Origin: the human T2T-CHM13v2.0 reference genome, Homo sapiens
Reading direction: 5' to 3' (one strand)
Length of the DNA stretch: 64,000 nt
Assembly (NCBI RefSeq): GCF_009914755.1
Contig: NC_060938.1
The notes under the pieces were generated by a model, which ran no database searches, was not told where the DNA came from, and saw only the letters and a list, made by a program, of their open reading frames with translations. The position numbers were made by a program, and so were the translations under genes. Shown here piece after piece: positions 40,047-52,634 of the stretch (positions within the stretch are counted from its first letter, which is position 1; every line of letters starts with the position of its first letter).

Positions 40047-43000
40047 CATGTCTAGCGTCACCCTCCTTCCTGGCAGTGACACTGTTGATGTGAACCCCAA
40101 TTTCACATCTGTCATTTGTAAATAGGACCATTTTCCCTTTTCGCTCTCCCTTCCATTCACAGGGCTTTTCATTCTCTCTGTTACTGCCTCCGTTTCAGAT
40201 ATTTACTCACCTTTTTCTCTCTCACTATGTCTGCCGTGGTCTCCAGGAGAGTGCGCCACATAAGATTCCCCCATTAAAAGTCATGAATTGAGTGGCTTTT
40301 AGTATACCTGTGGTTGTGCACATTCAAATTTAATTCGCAATTCATTGTAGAACGTCTTATCACTCCTGACCAGAGAAAAACCCTGTAGACATTAGTCACT
40401 CCTCATTCTGTCTCAAACCCTCTCCCTGACCCGCAGCCCTAGGTAGCAACTACCTAGTGCGATCAATCCCATATGCATAGATTACCATATTGTGGACATT
40501 TCCTATAAGCGGAATTGCACAATAGGGGAGCTGTTATGACTGACATAACACGTAGCACAATATTTTCAAGATTCGTCCACATTGTAGGCTTACCCACAGG
40601 GGGACACCATTTTTTTGGGGGCTTTTAGTAACACCGGTGTTTTCTCATTCCTTACGTCCTTCTTTCCTTCCTTCCTTCCTTCCTTCCTTCCTTCCTTCCT
40701 TCCTGACTTCCTTCTTTCCTTCCCTCCTTCCTCCTATTTCTCTCTTACTCCCTCTGCCCTCTCTCTTTCCTATGCCTTAGGTGCATCCCACATTCTGCGT
40801 TTTTTTGGGGAAATCCTCGACAGGTGCAGGAAAATTGTGTTATTGTAACTATTTACCGTTATCTCTCTTTCACGGCTCTCCATCAGTTGTGAACATCTAT
40901 TGGTTTATCCCAAGTCACTAAGCATATTTTCATTAGGTAAACCTGTTTTTCCTTATACAGCTGGTTCTGGAGTATAGGGTCGCATACTCATAAACCCAGT
41001 GTAACTCAGAAACGCATCTAATATTCCAGTAAACCCATCATAACGTTGAAAACTCGTAAATCAAACCATCATAAGTCACGGTTTGTCCGTGGATATGGGC
41101 GTCATCAATTCCATTGTATTCAGTAATGCTGTACACCATTAACAATGGCAGACTGATTGGGACTGGATATTGATAGCATTATAAAAGTCAGTTATTAGAG
41201 GGATACTTCTTTAACCTGACTGAAGAACTGATCTAATGGCTTTAGTACAGTGCATGATTATGTGCGATGTTTTGAGACAGAGTAGTACATTTGTGAATGA
41301 AATTTTATGGCTTTTTTTTCACTTAGTAGGAACCATTGTGTGTGGAAAAGTGAGAAAATGGCTTTCTGCTGTAGGGTCTGGCATTCATTGTAGATGTAAG
41401 CTTATTTTTCTGTGAGCAAATCTTATTCAATAAAATACTACTCTTTATACTAAAAAACAAAAACAGTGGTGATGTGTGGTCATTATCCTCAGCAAACTTA
41501 TCCAGGGAAAGAAAACCAAACGCCACAACTCACTTATAATGGGAGCTGAAAAATGGGATCACGTGGACACAGGAAGGGGAACAACACACACTGGGGCCTT
41601 CCGGGAGACAGAGCGTTAAAATAAACAGCTACTGCATGCTGGGCCTAATACCTAGGTGATGGGTTGACAGGTGCAGCAAACCACCATGGCACACGTTTAC
41701 CTTAGTAACAAATCTGCACATCCTGCACATATACCCCAGAACTTAGGAACGAAACGAAACAAAAGACAACGAAAAAGCAACAGCAAAACGCTAAAGGCAA
41801 AATAAAGTTTCAAACTGAGAAAGTGACAGACCAACGTCTGGTTGAAATCATGGTTCTCAACCCAGGTGCCATAAGGTCAGGATAAAGGATGTGATTACGT
41901 ATTGTCAATAAGACATGCAGCAAATGACCAGAATGATTATTCTCAACATATGTGTGTCTTCTAATTCAATGGTGACGCTATCTACTGGGACATAGCATTA
42001 GATTCCAAAGGGCCGAGTCCCGCCAGACAGGCCTCCCACACTAATAACAATGGGAAGGCCTACGTTGCTTTACCTGTGCTTCTCAGCCACTGGCTATAAA
42101 TCAGGTTGCCACCACTCCCAGATTTAGTTGCATTCATTTGCTGGAAGAGCTCACAGCACGCAGGGAAACACATTTGCCGTTGTATTTTAGCGGACATTGC
42201 ACAAAGTTCAGAAATAAATGTGGGGCCCGGCATGTGGGGAGGGGCGCACTACCTTCCAGGAAGTGCTATCCAGAAGCTCTCTGAACCCAGTCCTTTTGGG
42301 TTTTGATGGAGACCTCATTCTATAGGCATGATGGGTTAAACCATAGGCTATTGGTGATCAACTCCACCTGGGGCTCTCCACCCTCCCTGGAAATTGGGGT
42401 TGAGGCTTTGCCATCCTCAGTCTGACTAAAAGAATTTACCCAAACGGAATTTTAAAACAGATGAGCATAACTGGAATCTTAATTAGATGATTGGATTATC
42501 TGGAGCCACACCTTGATATTCCTAACCCGAGCACCCTCATCCAACGAATGCTCCACCCAACTGGCTCCCAAGTCTCTACGTGGTTCCAGAGCAAAAGGAT
42601 GTTGATACAACGCATATCTCCACCTTTTCTTCAAAGTCTTTTCGCTTACACGGAAAGACTTCTTCAACTGCCATGCATCAGGGTCAGGGGGAGGTCTTGT
42701 TACAACACAGATCTGCGGATCTCCGGCATTTGACTGTGGCAAGGATGCTGCTGGTGTCAAAACCACAACGTGGGAACCACAGAACCACTAGTGGGTTTTC
42801 AGTGTTTCAGTGCATACAATTCCTAATATATCTGGCTAAGAAAACTTGTAAGTTCTTAGATTGTCCCAAAGGTGGCGCATGAAATCAAAGCAGGAGAACA
42901 GTTTCCTACGAGGTGTAGCCTGGGAAAGTTGGGGGTGACTGATGGAAAGGAGGAGTGAAGCTCCACCCTTTCCGCTGCTAGGCTGCGGCCGAGGCAATTT

Positions 43001-43152
43001 AAACCCACCCTGGCTGGCCTGTACTCAGATCTTCGCGGAGCGGATCAGCGGCCGGAGCGTTTGGCGGACTCTGCGTGGACTTGGAGCTCACAGCGTCTTG
43101 CGACTTGGAAGCGGATTCAGAGGACAGGACAGAACACTTGGACAAGTGAATC

Positions 43153-43183
<31 letters not shown>

Positions 43184-43352
43184 CATTGGTTGGTTGATTT
43201 CCATTTTCTTAAGGGGCACATACCTCACACCGCACACACACAAACACACACACGCACACACACACACACACGCACACACACGCACACACACTCCTTCCTT
43301 CTGCGAGTTAGAACATTAGTAGGGGCCCCTGGGAGCTGCAGGTTTCCTAAAC

Positions 43353-46334
43353 ATGTCTGCACCTAAGAACAGTAGGGTCTTGTCTGGCTCTTCTTATGAA
43401 CGGTCCCCCAGCCCGGACTCCCCAAGGTCCATGCGAGCCTCACCCAGCTTCTCCCTCTCCCCTCTCAGAAACTCAGGCTTAAGGGGAAGCTCCTCACCAG
43501 GGATCGGGAGCTACCATTCACCATCCCCTAGGGCTTCACCACACTCACCTCTGTCATCACCAGAATCCCACAAGCTCCCATTTCCCTGTCCTCACCGTGA
43601 TGGGCAATCAATAAAGCCATTGGGCTCTCCCGTGTCCTCCTCTGAGGAATCCTCAGATTCCCAACGTTCATCAATAATATACCACATGTTCTTACTGCCA
43701 TCACCCAGCAGCTCACCCCCAGCTCTCGGGGGGTCTCCTGTGTCTCCCAGCTACTCTCCAAACAACCCCAGATTTCAGCTGCGGTCAGCCCCCCACACCA
43801 AGGAATCACCTACAAACTCACGAGCCTCACGCTGCTCCACCCCTGTGTCTTTCATCTCTTCACCCCCAGGCCTCAGGGACCCTCCTGTGGCTCCCAGTTA
43901 CTCTCCAGCCATCCCCAGGTTCCTGCGGGAGTCAGCCCCATACACCCAGGAGTCCCCCAGAGACTCACAGGTCTTGGGAGATTATGAGCGGTCCCTCAGC
44001 CCTGACTCCTCAAGATTCATGCCTGCCTCACCCAGCTTCTCCCTCTCCCCTCCCAGAAACTCAGACCCAAGGGGCAGCTCCTCACCAGGGATGTGGAAGT
44101 CCTCTACATCATCCCGCAGGGCTTCACCACTCTCACATCCATCATCAACAGAATTCCACAACTTTACGTTTCCCTTTCCTAACCAAGCAGGACAGTCACT
44201 CATGTCATTGTGTTCTCCCGTGACCTCCTCTGGAGATTCTTCACAGTCACCTCATTCATCAATGATATACCATATGTTCTTACTGCCATCATCCAGCAGC
44301 TCACCCCCAGCCACCCATGACTCTCCTGTCTGTCCCAGCTACTCTCCAACTACGCCCAGATTTCAGCGGGAGTCTGTACCCCACACCCCAGAAACACCTA
44401 CAAACTCACAGACCTCAGTGAGATCCTCGCCAGTCTCTCTCACGTCTTCACCCCCAGCCCTTACGGACCCTCCAGTCTGTCCCAGCTACTCTCCAACCAC
44501 GCCCACATTTCAGCGCGGGTCAGTTCCAGGAACCCAGGGATCACCACCAAGCCCACCGCTTTCACTGAGTTACTCCCCAGTCTCTAGCACGTCTTTATCT
44601 CCAACCCTCAGGGACTCGCCTGTCTGTCCCAGCTACTCTCCAAACACGCCCACACTTCAGCGGGAGTCCGTTGCAGGCACCCAGAAGTCACCACCAAACT
44701 CACCAATTTCACTGCGTTACTCCCCAGTCTCTCTCATGTCTTCACCATCCCTCAGGGACTCTCCCGTCTGTCCCAGCTACTCTCCAACCACGCCCACATT
44801 TCAGCTGGAGTCAGTTCCAGGCACCCCGGAATCACCACCAAACTCACCAATTTCACTCAGTTACTCCCCAGTCTCTAGCACGTCTTTATCTCCAACCCTC
44901 AGGGACTCTCCTGTGTGTCCCAGCTACTCTCCAACCACGCCCACACTTCAGCGGGAGTCAGTTCCAGGCACCCAGGAATCACCACCAAACTCACCAATTT
45001 CACTCAATTACTCTCCAGTCTCTCTCGTGTCTTCACCAGCCCTCAGGGACTCTCCTGTCTGTCCCAGCTACTCTACAACCACGCCCACATTTCAGCTGGA
45101 GTCAGTTCCAGGCACCCCGGAGTCACCACCAAACTCACCAGTTTCACTCAGTTACTCCCCGGTCTCTCTCATGTCTTCACCCCCAGCCCTCAGGGACTCT
45201 CCTGTGCGTCCCAGCTACTCTCCAACCATGCCCAGATTCCAGCGGGAGTCAGTTCCAGGCACCCATGTATCACCACCAAACTCAGCAGTTTCACTGAGTT
45301 ACTCCCCAGTCTCTCTCATGTCTTCACCCCCAGACCCCTGGGACTCTCCTGTCTGTCCCAGCTACTCTCCCACCACGCCCAGATTTCAGCGGGAGTCAGC
45401 CTCCCACACTCCGGAATCAGATACAGACTCACAGACTTCACTGAACTCCTCCCTGGTCTCTCTCAGGTCTTTGCCCTCATCCCACAGGGACTCTTGTGTC
45501 TCTTTCAGCTACTCTCAAAACTTCTCTAGATTCCAGCTGGAGTCAGTTCCAGGCACCCACGATACACCACCGAACTCACGAATTTCACTGACTTACGCCC
45601 CAGTCTCCCTCATGTTCTCACCCCCAGCCCTCAGGGACTCTTCTGTCTCTCTCAGCTACTCTCCAACCATCTCCAGATTTCACCTGGAGTCAGCTTCCCA
45701 CACCCTGGAATCACCTGCAAACTCACGGACCTTACTGCAACCATCCCCCATTTCTTTCACCTCTTCACCCCCTGCCTTCAGGGACTCTCCTGGGTCTCCC
45801 AGCTTCTCTCCAGCCTTCCCCAGATTTCTGCCACAGTCAGCCCCAGGCACCCAGGACAACCCTAGACACTCACAGGCCTCACCAGACTATCTCCCTATGA
45901 CCTGTACCTATACAGGGATGGCTCCCACGCATCCCTCAGTGACCCCAAACCCATCTCCACTTACACTCAGGCACTCCCAGGGCCTGACAGCTACTCCCCG
46001 TTATTGTCCTTCAGTTCGAAGCCCTGGCCAATCTACTAGCCCACATGACGCAGTTACCTGGCCATTTCTCCACGGTTCCCGGGAGGGCCCCACACCCAGC
46101 CGCACAAGAGCCCCTCCTGCATTCCGTCCTCACACGCAGGCCTGTCCATCTACTTGCTACTGTCACACTCTTGCCAGCAGAAGAGGCCCCTGTAATGGCC
46201 GATATCACCACCCAGTCTATCCTCACCCCACAGCTGTGCAGCGGGAACCCCCTGCTGGCCCACGTGGCTGCCACAGCCCATGCTGGCACGACGCTCCAGC
46301 AGGTCGGCGTCCCTGCGGGCCAAACTACCGGTGA
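43353..46334 (+). CDS. 993-aa Ser/Pro-rich repeat protein, copy 8
   Basis: Intact 2982-bp ORF. Confidence 0.6.
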   Translation: MSAPKNSRVLSGSSYERSPSPDSPRSMRASPSFSLSPLRNSGLRGSSSPGIGSYHSPSPRASPHSPLSSPESHKLPFPCPHRDGQSIKPLGSPVSSSEESSDSQRSSIIYHMFLLPSPSSSPPALGGSPVSPSYSPNNPRFQLRSAPHTKESPTNSRASRCSTPVSFISSPPGLRDPPVAPSYSPAIPRFLRESAPYTQESPRDSQVLGDYERSLSPDSSRFMPASPSFSLSPPRNSDPRGSSSPGMWKSSTSSRRASPLSHPSSTEFHNFTFPFPNQAGQSLMSLCSPVTSSGDSSQSPHSSMIYHMFLLPSSSSSPPATHDSPVCPSYSPTTPRFQRESVPHTPETPTNSQTSVRSSPVSLTSSPPALTDPPVCPSYSPTTPTFQRGSVPGTQGSPPSPPLSLSYSPVSSTSLSPTLRDSPVCPSYSPNTPTLQRESVAGTQKSPPNSPISLRYSPVSLMSSPSLRDSPVCPSYSPTTPTFQLESVPGTPESPPNSPISLSYSPVSSTSLSPTLRDSPVCPSYSPTTPTLQRESVPGTQESPPNSPISLNYSPVSLVSSPALRDSPVCPSYSTTTPTFQLESVPGTPESPPNSPVSLSYSPVSLMSSPPALRDSPVRPSYSPTMPRFQRESVPGTHVSPPNSAVSLSYSPVSLMSSPPDPWDSPVCPSYSPTTPRFQRESASHTPESDTDSQTSLNSSLVSLRSLPSSHRDSCVSFSYSQNFSRFQLESVPGTHDTPPNSRISLTYAPVSLMFSPPALRDSSVSLSYSPTISRFHLESASHTLESPANSRTLLQPSPISFTSSPPAFRDSPGSPSFSPAFPRFLPQSAPGTQDNPRHSQASPDYLPMTCTYTGMAPTHPSVTPNPSPLTLRHSQGLTATPRYCPSVRSPGQSTSPHDAVTWPFLHGSREGPTPSRTRAPPAFRPHTQACPSTCYCHTLASRRGPCNGRYHHPVYPHPTAVQREPPAGPRGCHSPCWHDAPAGRRPCGPNYR

Positions 46335-49300
46335 CATGTCTAGCGTCACCCTCCTTCCTGGCAGTGACACTGTTGATGTGAACCCCAATTTCACATCTGT
46401 CATTTGTAAATAGGACCATTTTCCCTTTTCGCTCTCCCTTCCATTCACAGGGCTTTTCATTCTCTCTGTTACTGCCTCCGTTTCAGATATTTACTCACCT
46501 TTTTCTCTCTCACTATGTCTGCCGTGGGCTCCATGAGAGTGCGCCACATAAGATTCCCCCATTAAAAGTCATGAATTGAGTGGCTTTTAGTATACCTGTG
46601 GTTGTGCACATTCAAATTTAATTCGCAATTCATTGTAGAACGTCTTATCACTCCCGACCAGAGAAAAACCCTGTAGACATTAGTCACTCCTCATTCTGTC
46701 TCAAACCCTCTCCCTGACCCACAGCCCTAGGTAGCAACTACCTAGTGCGATCAATCCCATATGCATAGATTACCATATTGTGGACATTTCCTATAAGCGG
46801 AATTGCACAATAGGGGAGCTGTTATGACTGACATAACACGTAGCACAATATTTTCAAGATTCGTCCACATTGTAGGCTTACCCACAGGGGGAAACCATTT
46901 TTTTGGGGGCTTTTAGTAACACCGGTGTTTTCTCCTTCCTTACGTCCTTCTTTCCTTCCTTCCTTCCTTCCTTCCTTCCTTCCTTCCTTCCTTCCTGACT
47001 TCCTTCTTTCCTTCCCTCCTTCCTCCTATTTCTCTCTTACTCCTTCTGCCCTCTCTCTTTCCTATGCCTTAGGTGCATCCCACATTCTGCGTTTTTTTGG
47101 GGAAATCCTCGACAGGTGCAGGAAAATTGTGTTATTGTAACTATTTACCGTTATCTCTCTTTCACGGCTCTCCATCAGTTGTGAACATCTATTGGTTTAT
47201 CCCAAGTCTCTAAGCATATTTTCATTAGGTAAACCTGTTTTTCCTTATACAGCTGTTTCTGGAGTATAGGGTCGCATACTCATAAACCCAGTGTAACTCA
47301 GAAACGCATCTAATATTCCAGTAAACCCATCATAACGTTGAGAAATCGTAAATCAAACCATCATAAGTCACGGTTTGTCCGTGGATATGGGCCTCATCAA
47401 TTCCATTGTATTCAGTAATGCTGTACACCATTAACAATGGCAGACTGATTGGGAGTGGATATTGATAGCATTATAAAAGTCAGTTATTAGAGGGATACTT
47501 CTTTAACCTGACTGAAGAACTGATCTAATGGCTTTAGTACAGTGCATGATTATGTGCGATGTTTTGATACAGAGTAGTACATTTGTGAATGAAATTTTAT
47601 GGCTTTTTTTTCACTTAGTAGGAACCATTGTGTGTGGAAAAGTGAGAAAATGGCTTTCTGCTGTAGGGTCTGGCATTCATTGTAGATGTAAGCTGATTTT
47701 TCTGTGAGCAAATCTTATTCAATAAAATACTACTCTTTATACTAAAAAACAAAAACAGTGGTGATGTGTGGTCATTATCCTCAACAAACTTATCCAGGGA
47801 AAGAAAACCAAACGCCACAACTCACTTATAATGGGAGCTGAAAAATGAGATCCCATGGACACAGGAAGGGGAACAACACACACTGGGGCCTTCCGGGAGA
47901 CAGAGCGTTAAGAAAAACAGCTACTGCATGCTGGGCTTAATACCTAGGTGATGGGTTGACAGGTGCAGCAAACCACCATGGCACACGTTTACCTTAGTAA
48001 CAAATCTGCACATCCTGCACATATACCCCAGAACTTAGGAACGAAACGAAACAAAAGACAACGAAAAAGCAACAGCAAAACGCTAAAGGCAAAATAAAGT
48101 TTCAAACTGAGAAAGTGACAGACCAAAGTCTGGTTCAAATCATGGTTCCCAGCCCAGGTGCCATAAGGTCAGGATAAAGGATGTGATTACATATTGTCAA
48201 TAAGACATGCAGCAAATGACCAGAATGATTATTCTCAACATATGAGTGTCTTCTAATTCAATGGCGACGCTATCTACCGGGACATAGCATTAGATTCCAA
48301 AGGGCCGAGTCCCGCCAGACAGGCCTCCCACAGTAATAACAATGGGAAGCCCTGCGTTGCTTTACCTGTGCTTCTCAGCCACTGGCTATAATTCAGGTTG
48401 CCACCACTCCCAGATTTAGTTGCATTCATTTGCTGGAAGAGCTCACAGCACGCAGGGAAACACTTACATTTGCCGTTGTATTTTAGCGGACATTGCACAA
48501 AGTTCAGAAATAAATGTGGGGCCCGGCATGTGGGGAGGGGCGCACTACCTTCCAGGAAGTGCTATCCAGAAGCTCTCTGAACCCAGTCCTTTTGGGTTTT
48601 GATGGAGACCTCATTCTATAGGCATGATGGGTTAAACCATAGGCTATTGGTGATCAACTCCACCTGGGGCTCTCCACCCTCCCTGGAAATTGGGGTTGAG
48701 GTTTTGCCATCCTCAGTCTGACTAAAAGAATTTACCCAAACGGAATTTTAAAACAGATGAGCATAACTGGAATCTTAATTAGATGATTGGATTATCTGGA
48801 GCCACACCTTGATATTCCTAACCCGAGCACCCTCATCCAACGAATGCTCCACCCAACTGGCTCCCAAGTCTCTACGTGGTTCCAGAGCAAAAGGATGTTG
48901 ATACAACGCATATCTCCACCTTTTCTTCAAAGTCTTTTCGCTTACACGGAAAGACTTCTTCAACTGCCATGCATCAGGGTCAGGGGGAGGTCTTGTTACA
49001 ACACAGATCTGCGGATCTCCGGCATTTGACTGTGGCAAGGATGCTGCTGGTGTCAAAACCACAACGTGGGAACCACAGAACCACTAGTGGGTTTTCAGTG
49101 TTTCAGTGCATACAATTCCTAATATATCTGGCTAAGAAAACTTGTAAGTTCTTAGATTGTCCCAAAGGTGGCGCATGAAATCAAAGCAGGAGAACAGTTT
49201 CCTACGAGGTGTAGCCTGGGAAAGTTGGGGGTGACTGATGGAAAGGAGGAGTGAAGCTCCACCCTTTCCGCTGCTAGGCTGCGCCCGAGGCAATTTAAAC

Positions 49301-49652
49301 CCACCCTGGCTGGCCTGTACTCAGATCTTCGCGGAGCGGATCAGCGGCCGGAGCGTTTGGCGGACTCTGCGTGGACTTGGAGCTCACAGCGTCTTGCGAC
49401 TTGGAAGCGGATTCAGAGGACAGGACAGAACACTTGGACAAGTGAATCTCTGTCTGTCTGTCTGTCTGTCTGTCTGTCGGTCTCATTGGTTGGTTGATTT
49501 CCATTTTCTTAAGGGGCACATACCTCACACCGCACACACACAAACACACACACGCACACACACACACACACGCACACACACGCACACACACTCCTTCCTT
49601 CTGCGAGTTAGAACATTAGTAGGGGCCCCTGGGAGCTGCAGGTTTCCTAAAC

Positions 49653-52634
49653 ATGTCTGCACCTAAGAACAGTAGGGTCTTGTCTGGCTCTTCTTATGAA
49701 CGGTCCCCCAGCCCGGACTCCCCAAGGTCCATGCGAGCCTCACCCAGCTTCTCCCTCTCCCCTCTCAGAAACTCAGGCTTAAGGGGAAGCTCCTCACCAG
49801 GGATCGGGAGCTACCATTCACCATCCCCTAGGGCTTCACCACACTCACCTCTGTCATCACCAGAATCCCACAAGCTCCCATTTCCCTGTCCTCACCGTGA
49901 TGGGCAATCAATAAAGCCATTGGGCTCTCCCGTGTCCTCCTCTGAGGAATCCTCAGAGTCCCCACGTTCATCAATAATATACCACATGTTCTTACTGCCA
50001 TCACCCAGCAGCTCACCCCCAGCTCTCGGGGGGTCTCCTGTGTCTCCCAGCTACTCTCCAAACAACCCCAGATTTCAGCTGCGGTCAGCCCCCCACACCA
50101 AGGAATCACCTACAAACTCACGAGCCTCACTTTTCTCCACCCCTGTGTCTTTCATCTCTTCACCCCCAGGCCTCAGGGACCCTCCTGTGGCTCCCAGTTA
50201 CTCTCCAGCCATCCCCAGGTTCCTGCGGGAGTCAGCCCCATACACCCAGGAGTCCCCCAGAGACTCACAGGTCTTGGGAGATTATGAGCGGTCCCTCAGC
50301 CCTGACTCCTCAAGATTCATGCCTGCCTCACCCAGCTTCTCCCTCTCCCCTCCCAGAAAATCAGACCCAAGGGGCAGCTCCTCACCAGGGATGTGGAAGT
50401 CCTCTACATCATCCCGCAGGGCTTCACCACTCTCACATCCGTCATCAACAGAATTCCACAACTTTACGTTTCCCTTTCCTAACCAAGCAGGACAGTCACT
50501 CATGTCATTGTGTTCTCCCGTGACCTCCTCTGGAGATTCTTCACAGTCACCTCATTCATCAATAATATACCATATGTTCTTACTGCCATCATCCAGCAGC
50601 TCACCCCCAGCCACCCATGACTCTCCTGTCTGTCCCAGCTACTCTCCAACTACGCCCAGATTTCAGCGGGAGTCTGTACCCCACACCCCAGAAACACCTA
50701 CAAACTCACAGACCTCAGTGAGATCCTCGCCAGTCTCTCTCACGTCTTCACCCCCAGCCCTTACGGACCCTCCAGTCTGTCCCAGCTACTCTCCAACCAC
50801 GCCCACATTTCAGCGCGGGTCAGTTCCAGGAACCCAGGGATCACCACCAAGCCCACCGCTTTCACTGAGTTACTCCCCAGTCTCTAGCACGTCTTTATCT
50901 CCAACCCTCAGGGACTCGCCTGTCTGTCCCAGCTACTCTCCAAACACGCCCACACTTCAGCGGGAGTCCGTTGCAGGCACCCAGAAGTCACCACCAAACT
51001 CACCAATTTCACTGCGTTACTCCCCAGTCTCTCTCATGTCTTCACCATCCCTCAGGGACTCTCCCGTCTGTCCCAGCTACTCTCCAACCACGCCCACATT
51101 TCAGCTGGAGTCAGTTCCAGGCACCCCGGAATCACCACCAAACTCACCAATTTCACTCAGTTACTCCCCAGTCTCTAGCACGTCTTTATCTCCAACCCTC
51201 AGGGACTCTCCTGTGTGTCCCAGCTACTCTCCAACCACGCCCACACTTCAGCGGGAGTCAGTTCCAGGCACCCAGGAATCACCACCAAACTCACCAATTT
51301 CACTCAATTACTCTCCAGTCTCTCTCGTGTCTTCACCAGCCCTCAGGGACTCTCCTGTCTGTCCCAGCTACTCTACAACCACGCCCACATTTCAGCTGGA
51401 GTCAGTTCCAGGCACCCCGGAGTCACCACCAAACTCACCAGTTTCACTCAGTTACTCCTCGGTCTCTCTCATGTCTTCACCCCCAGCCCTCAGGGACTCT
51501 CCTGTGCGTCCCAGCTACTCTCCAACCATGCCCAGATTCCAGCGGGAGTCAGTTCCAGGCACCCATGTATCACCACCAAACTCAGCAGTTTCACTGAGTT
51601 ACTCCCCAGTCTCTCTCATGTCTTCACCCCCAGACCCCTGGGACTCTCCTGTCTGTCCCAGCTACTCTCCCACCACGCCCAGATTTCAGCGGGAGTCAGC
51701 CTCCCACACTCCGGAATCAGATACAGACTCACAGACTTCACTGAACTCCTCCCTGGTCTCTCTCAGGTCTTTGCCCTCATCCCACAGGGACTCTTGTGTC
51801 TCTTTCAGCTACTCTCAAAACTTCTCTAGATTCCAGCTGGAGTCAGTTCCAGGCACCCACGATACACCACCGAACTCACGAATTTCACTGACTTACGCCC
51901 CAGTCTCCCTCATGTTCTCACCCCCAGCCCTCAGGGACTCTTCTGTCTCTCTCAGCTACTCTCCAACCATCTCCAGATTTCACCTGGAGTCAGCTTCCCA
52001 CACCCTGGAATCACCTGCAAACTCACGGACCTTACTGCAACCATCCCCCATTTCTTTCACCTCTTCACCCCCTGCCTTCAGGGACTCTCCTGGGTCTCCC
52101 AGCTTCTCTCCAGCCTTCCCCAGATTTCTGCCACAGTCAGCCCCAGGCACCCAGGACAACCCTAGACACTCACAGGCCTCACCAGACTATCTCCCTATGA
52201 CCTGTACCTATACAGGGATGGCTCCCACGCATCCCTCAGTGACCCCAAACCCATCTCCACTTACACTCAGGCACTCCCAGGGCCTGACAGCTACTCCCCG
52301 TTATTGTCCTTCAGTTCGAAGCCCTGGCCAATCTACTAGCCCACATGACGCAGTTACCTGGCCATTTCTCCACGGTTCCCGGGAGGGCCCCACACCCAGC
52401 TGCACAAGAGCCCCTCCTGCATTCCGTCCTCACACGCAGGCCTGTCCATCTACTTGCTACTGTCACACTCTTGCCAGCAGAAGAGGCCCCTGTAATGGCC
52501 GATATCACCACCCAGTCTATCCTCACCCCACAGCTGTGCAGCGGGAACCCCCTGCTGGCCCACGTGGCTGCCACAGCCCATGCTGGCACGACGCTCCAGC
52601 AGGTCGGCGTCCCTGCGGGCCAAACTACCGGTGA
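49653..52634 (+). CDS. 993-aa Ser/Pro-rich repeat protein, copy 9
   Basis: Intact 2982-bp ORF. Confidence 0.6.
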   Translation: MSAPKNSRVLSGSSYERSPSPDSPRSMRASPSFSLSPLRNSGLRGSSSPGIGSYHSPSPRASPHSPLSSPESHKLPFPCPHRDGQSIKPLGSPVSSSEESSESPRSSIIYHMFLLPSPSSSPPALGGSPVSPSYSPNNPRFQLRSAPHTKESPTNSRASLFSTPVSFISSPPGLRDPPVAPSYSPAIPRFLRESAPYTQESPRDSQVLGDYERSLSPDSSRFMPASPSFSLSPPRKSDPRGSSSPGMWKSSTSSRRASPLSHPSSTEFHNFTFPFPNQAGQSLMSLCSPVTSSGDSSQSPHSSIIYHMFLLPSSSSSPPATHDSPVCPSYSPTTPRFQRESVPHTPETPTNSQTSVRSSPVSLTSSPPALTDPPVCPSYSPTTPTFQRGSVPGTQGSPPSPPLSLSYSPVSSTSLSPTLRDSPVCPSYSPNTPTLQRESVAGTQKSPPNSPISLRYSPVSLMSSPSLRDSPVCPSYSPTTPTFQLESVPGTPESPPNSPISLSYSPVSSTSLSPTLRDSPVCPSYSPTTPTLQRESVPGTQESPPNSPISLNYSPVSLVSSPALRDSPVCPSYSTTTPTFQLESVPGTPESPPNSPVSLSYSSVSLMSSPPALRDSPVRPSYSPTMPRFQRESVPGTHVSPPNSAVSLSYSPVSLMSSPPDPWDSPVCPSYSPTTPRFQRESASHTPESDTDSQTSLNSSLVSLRSLPSSHRDSCVSFSYSQNFSRFQLESVPGTHDTPPNSRISLTYAPVSLMFSPPALRDSSVSLSYSPTISRFHLESASHTLESPANSRTLLQPSPISFTSSPPAFRDSPGSPSFSPAFPRFLPQSAPGTQDNPRHSQASPDYLPMTCTYTGMAPTHPSVTPNPSPLTLRHSQGLTATPRYCPSVRSPGQSTSPHDAVTWPFLHGSREGPTPSCTRAPPAFRPHTQACPSTCYCHTLASRRGPCNGRYHHPVYPHPTAVQREPPAGPRGCHSPCWHDAPAGRRPCGPNYR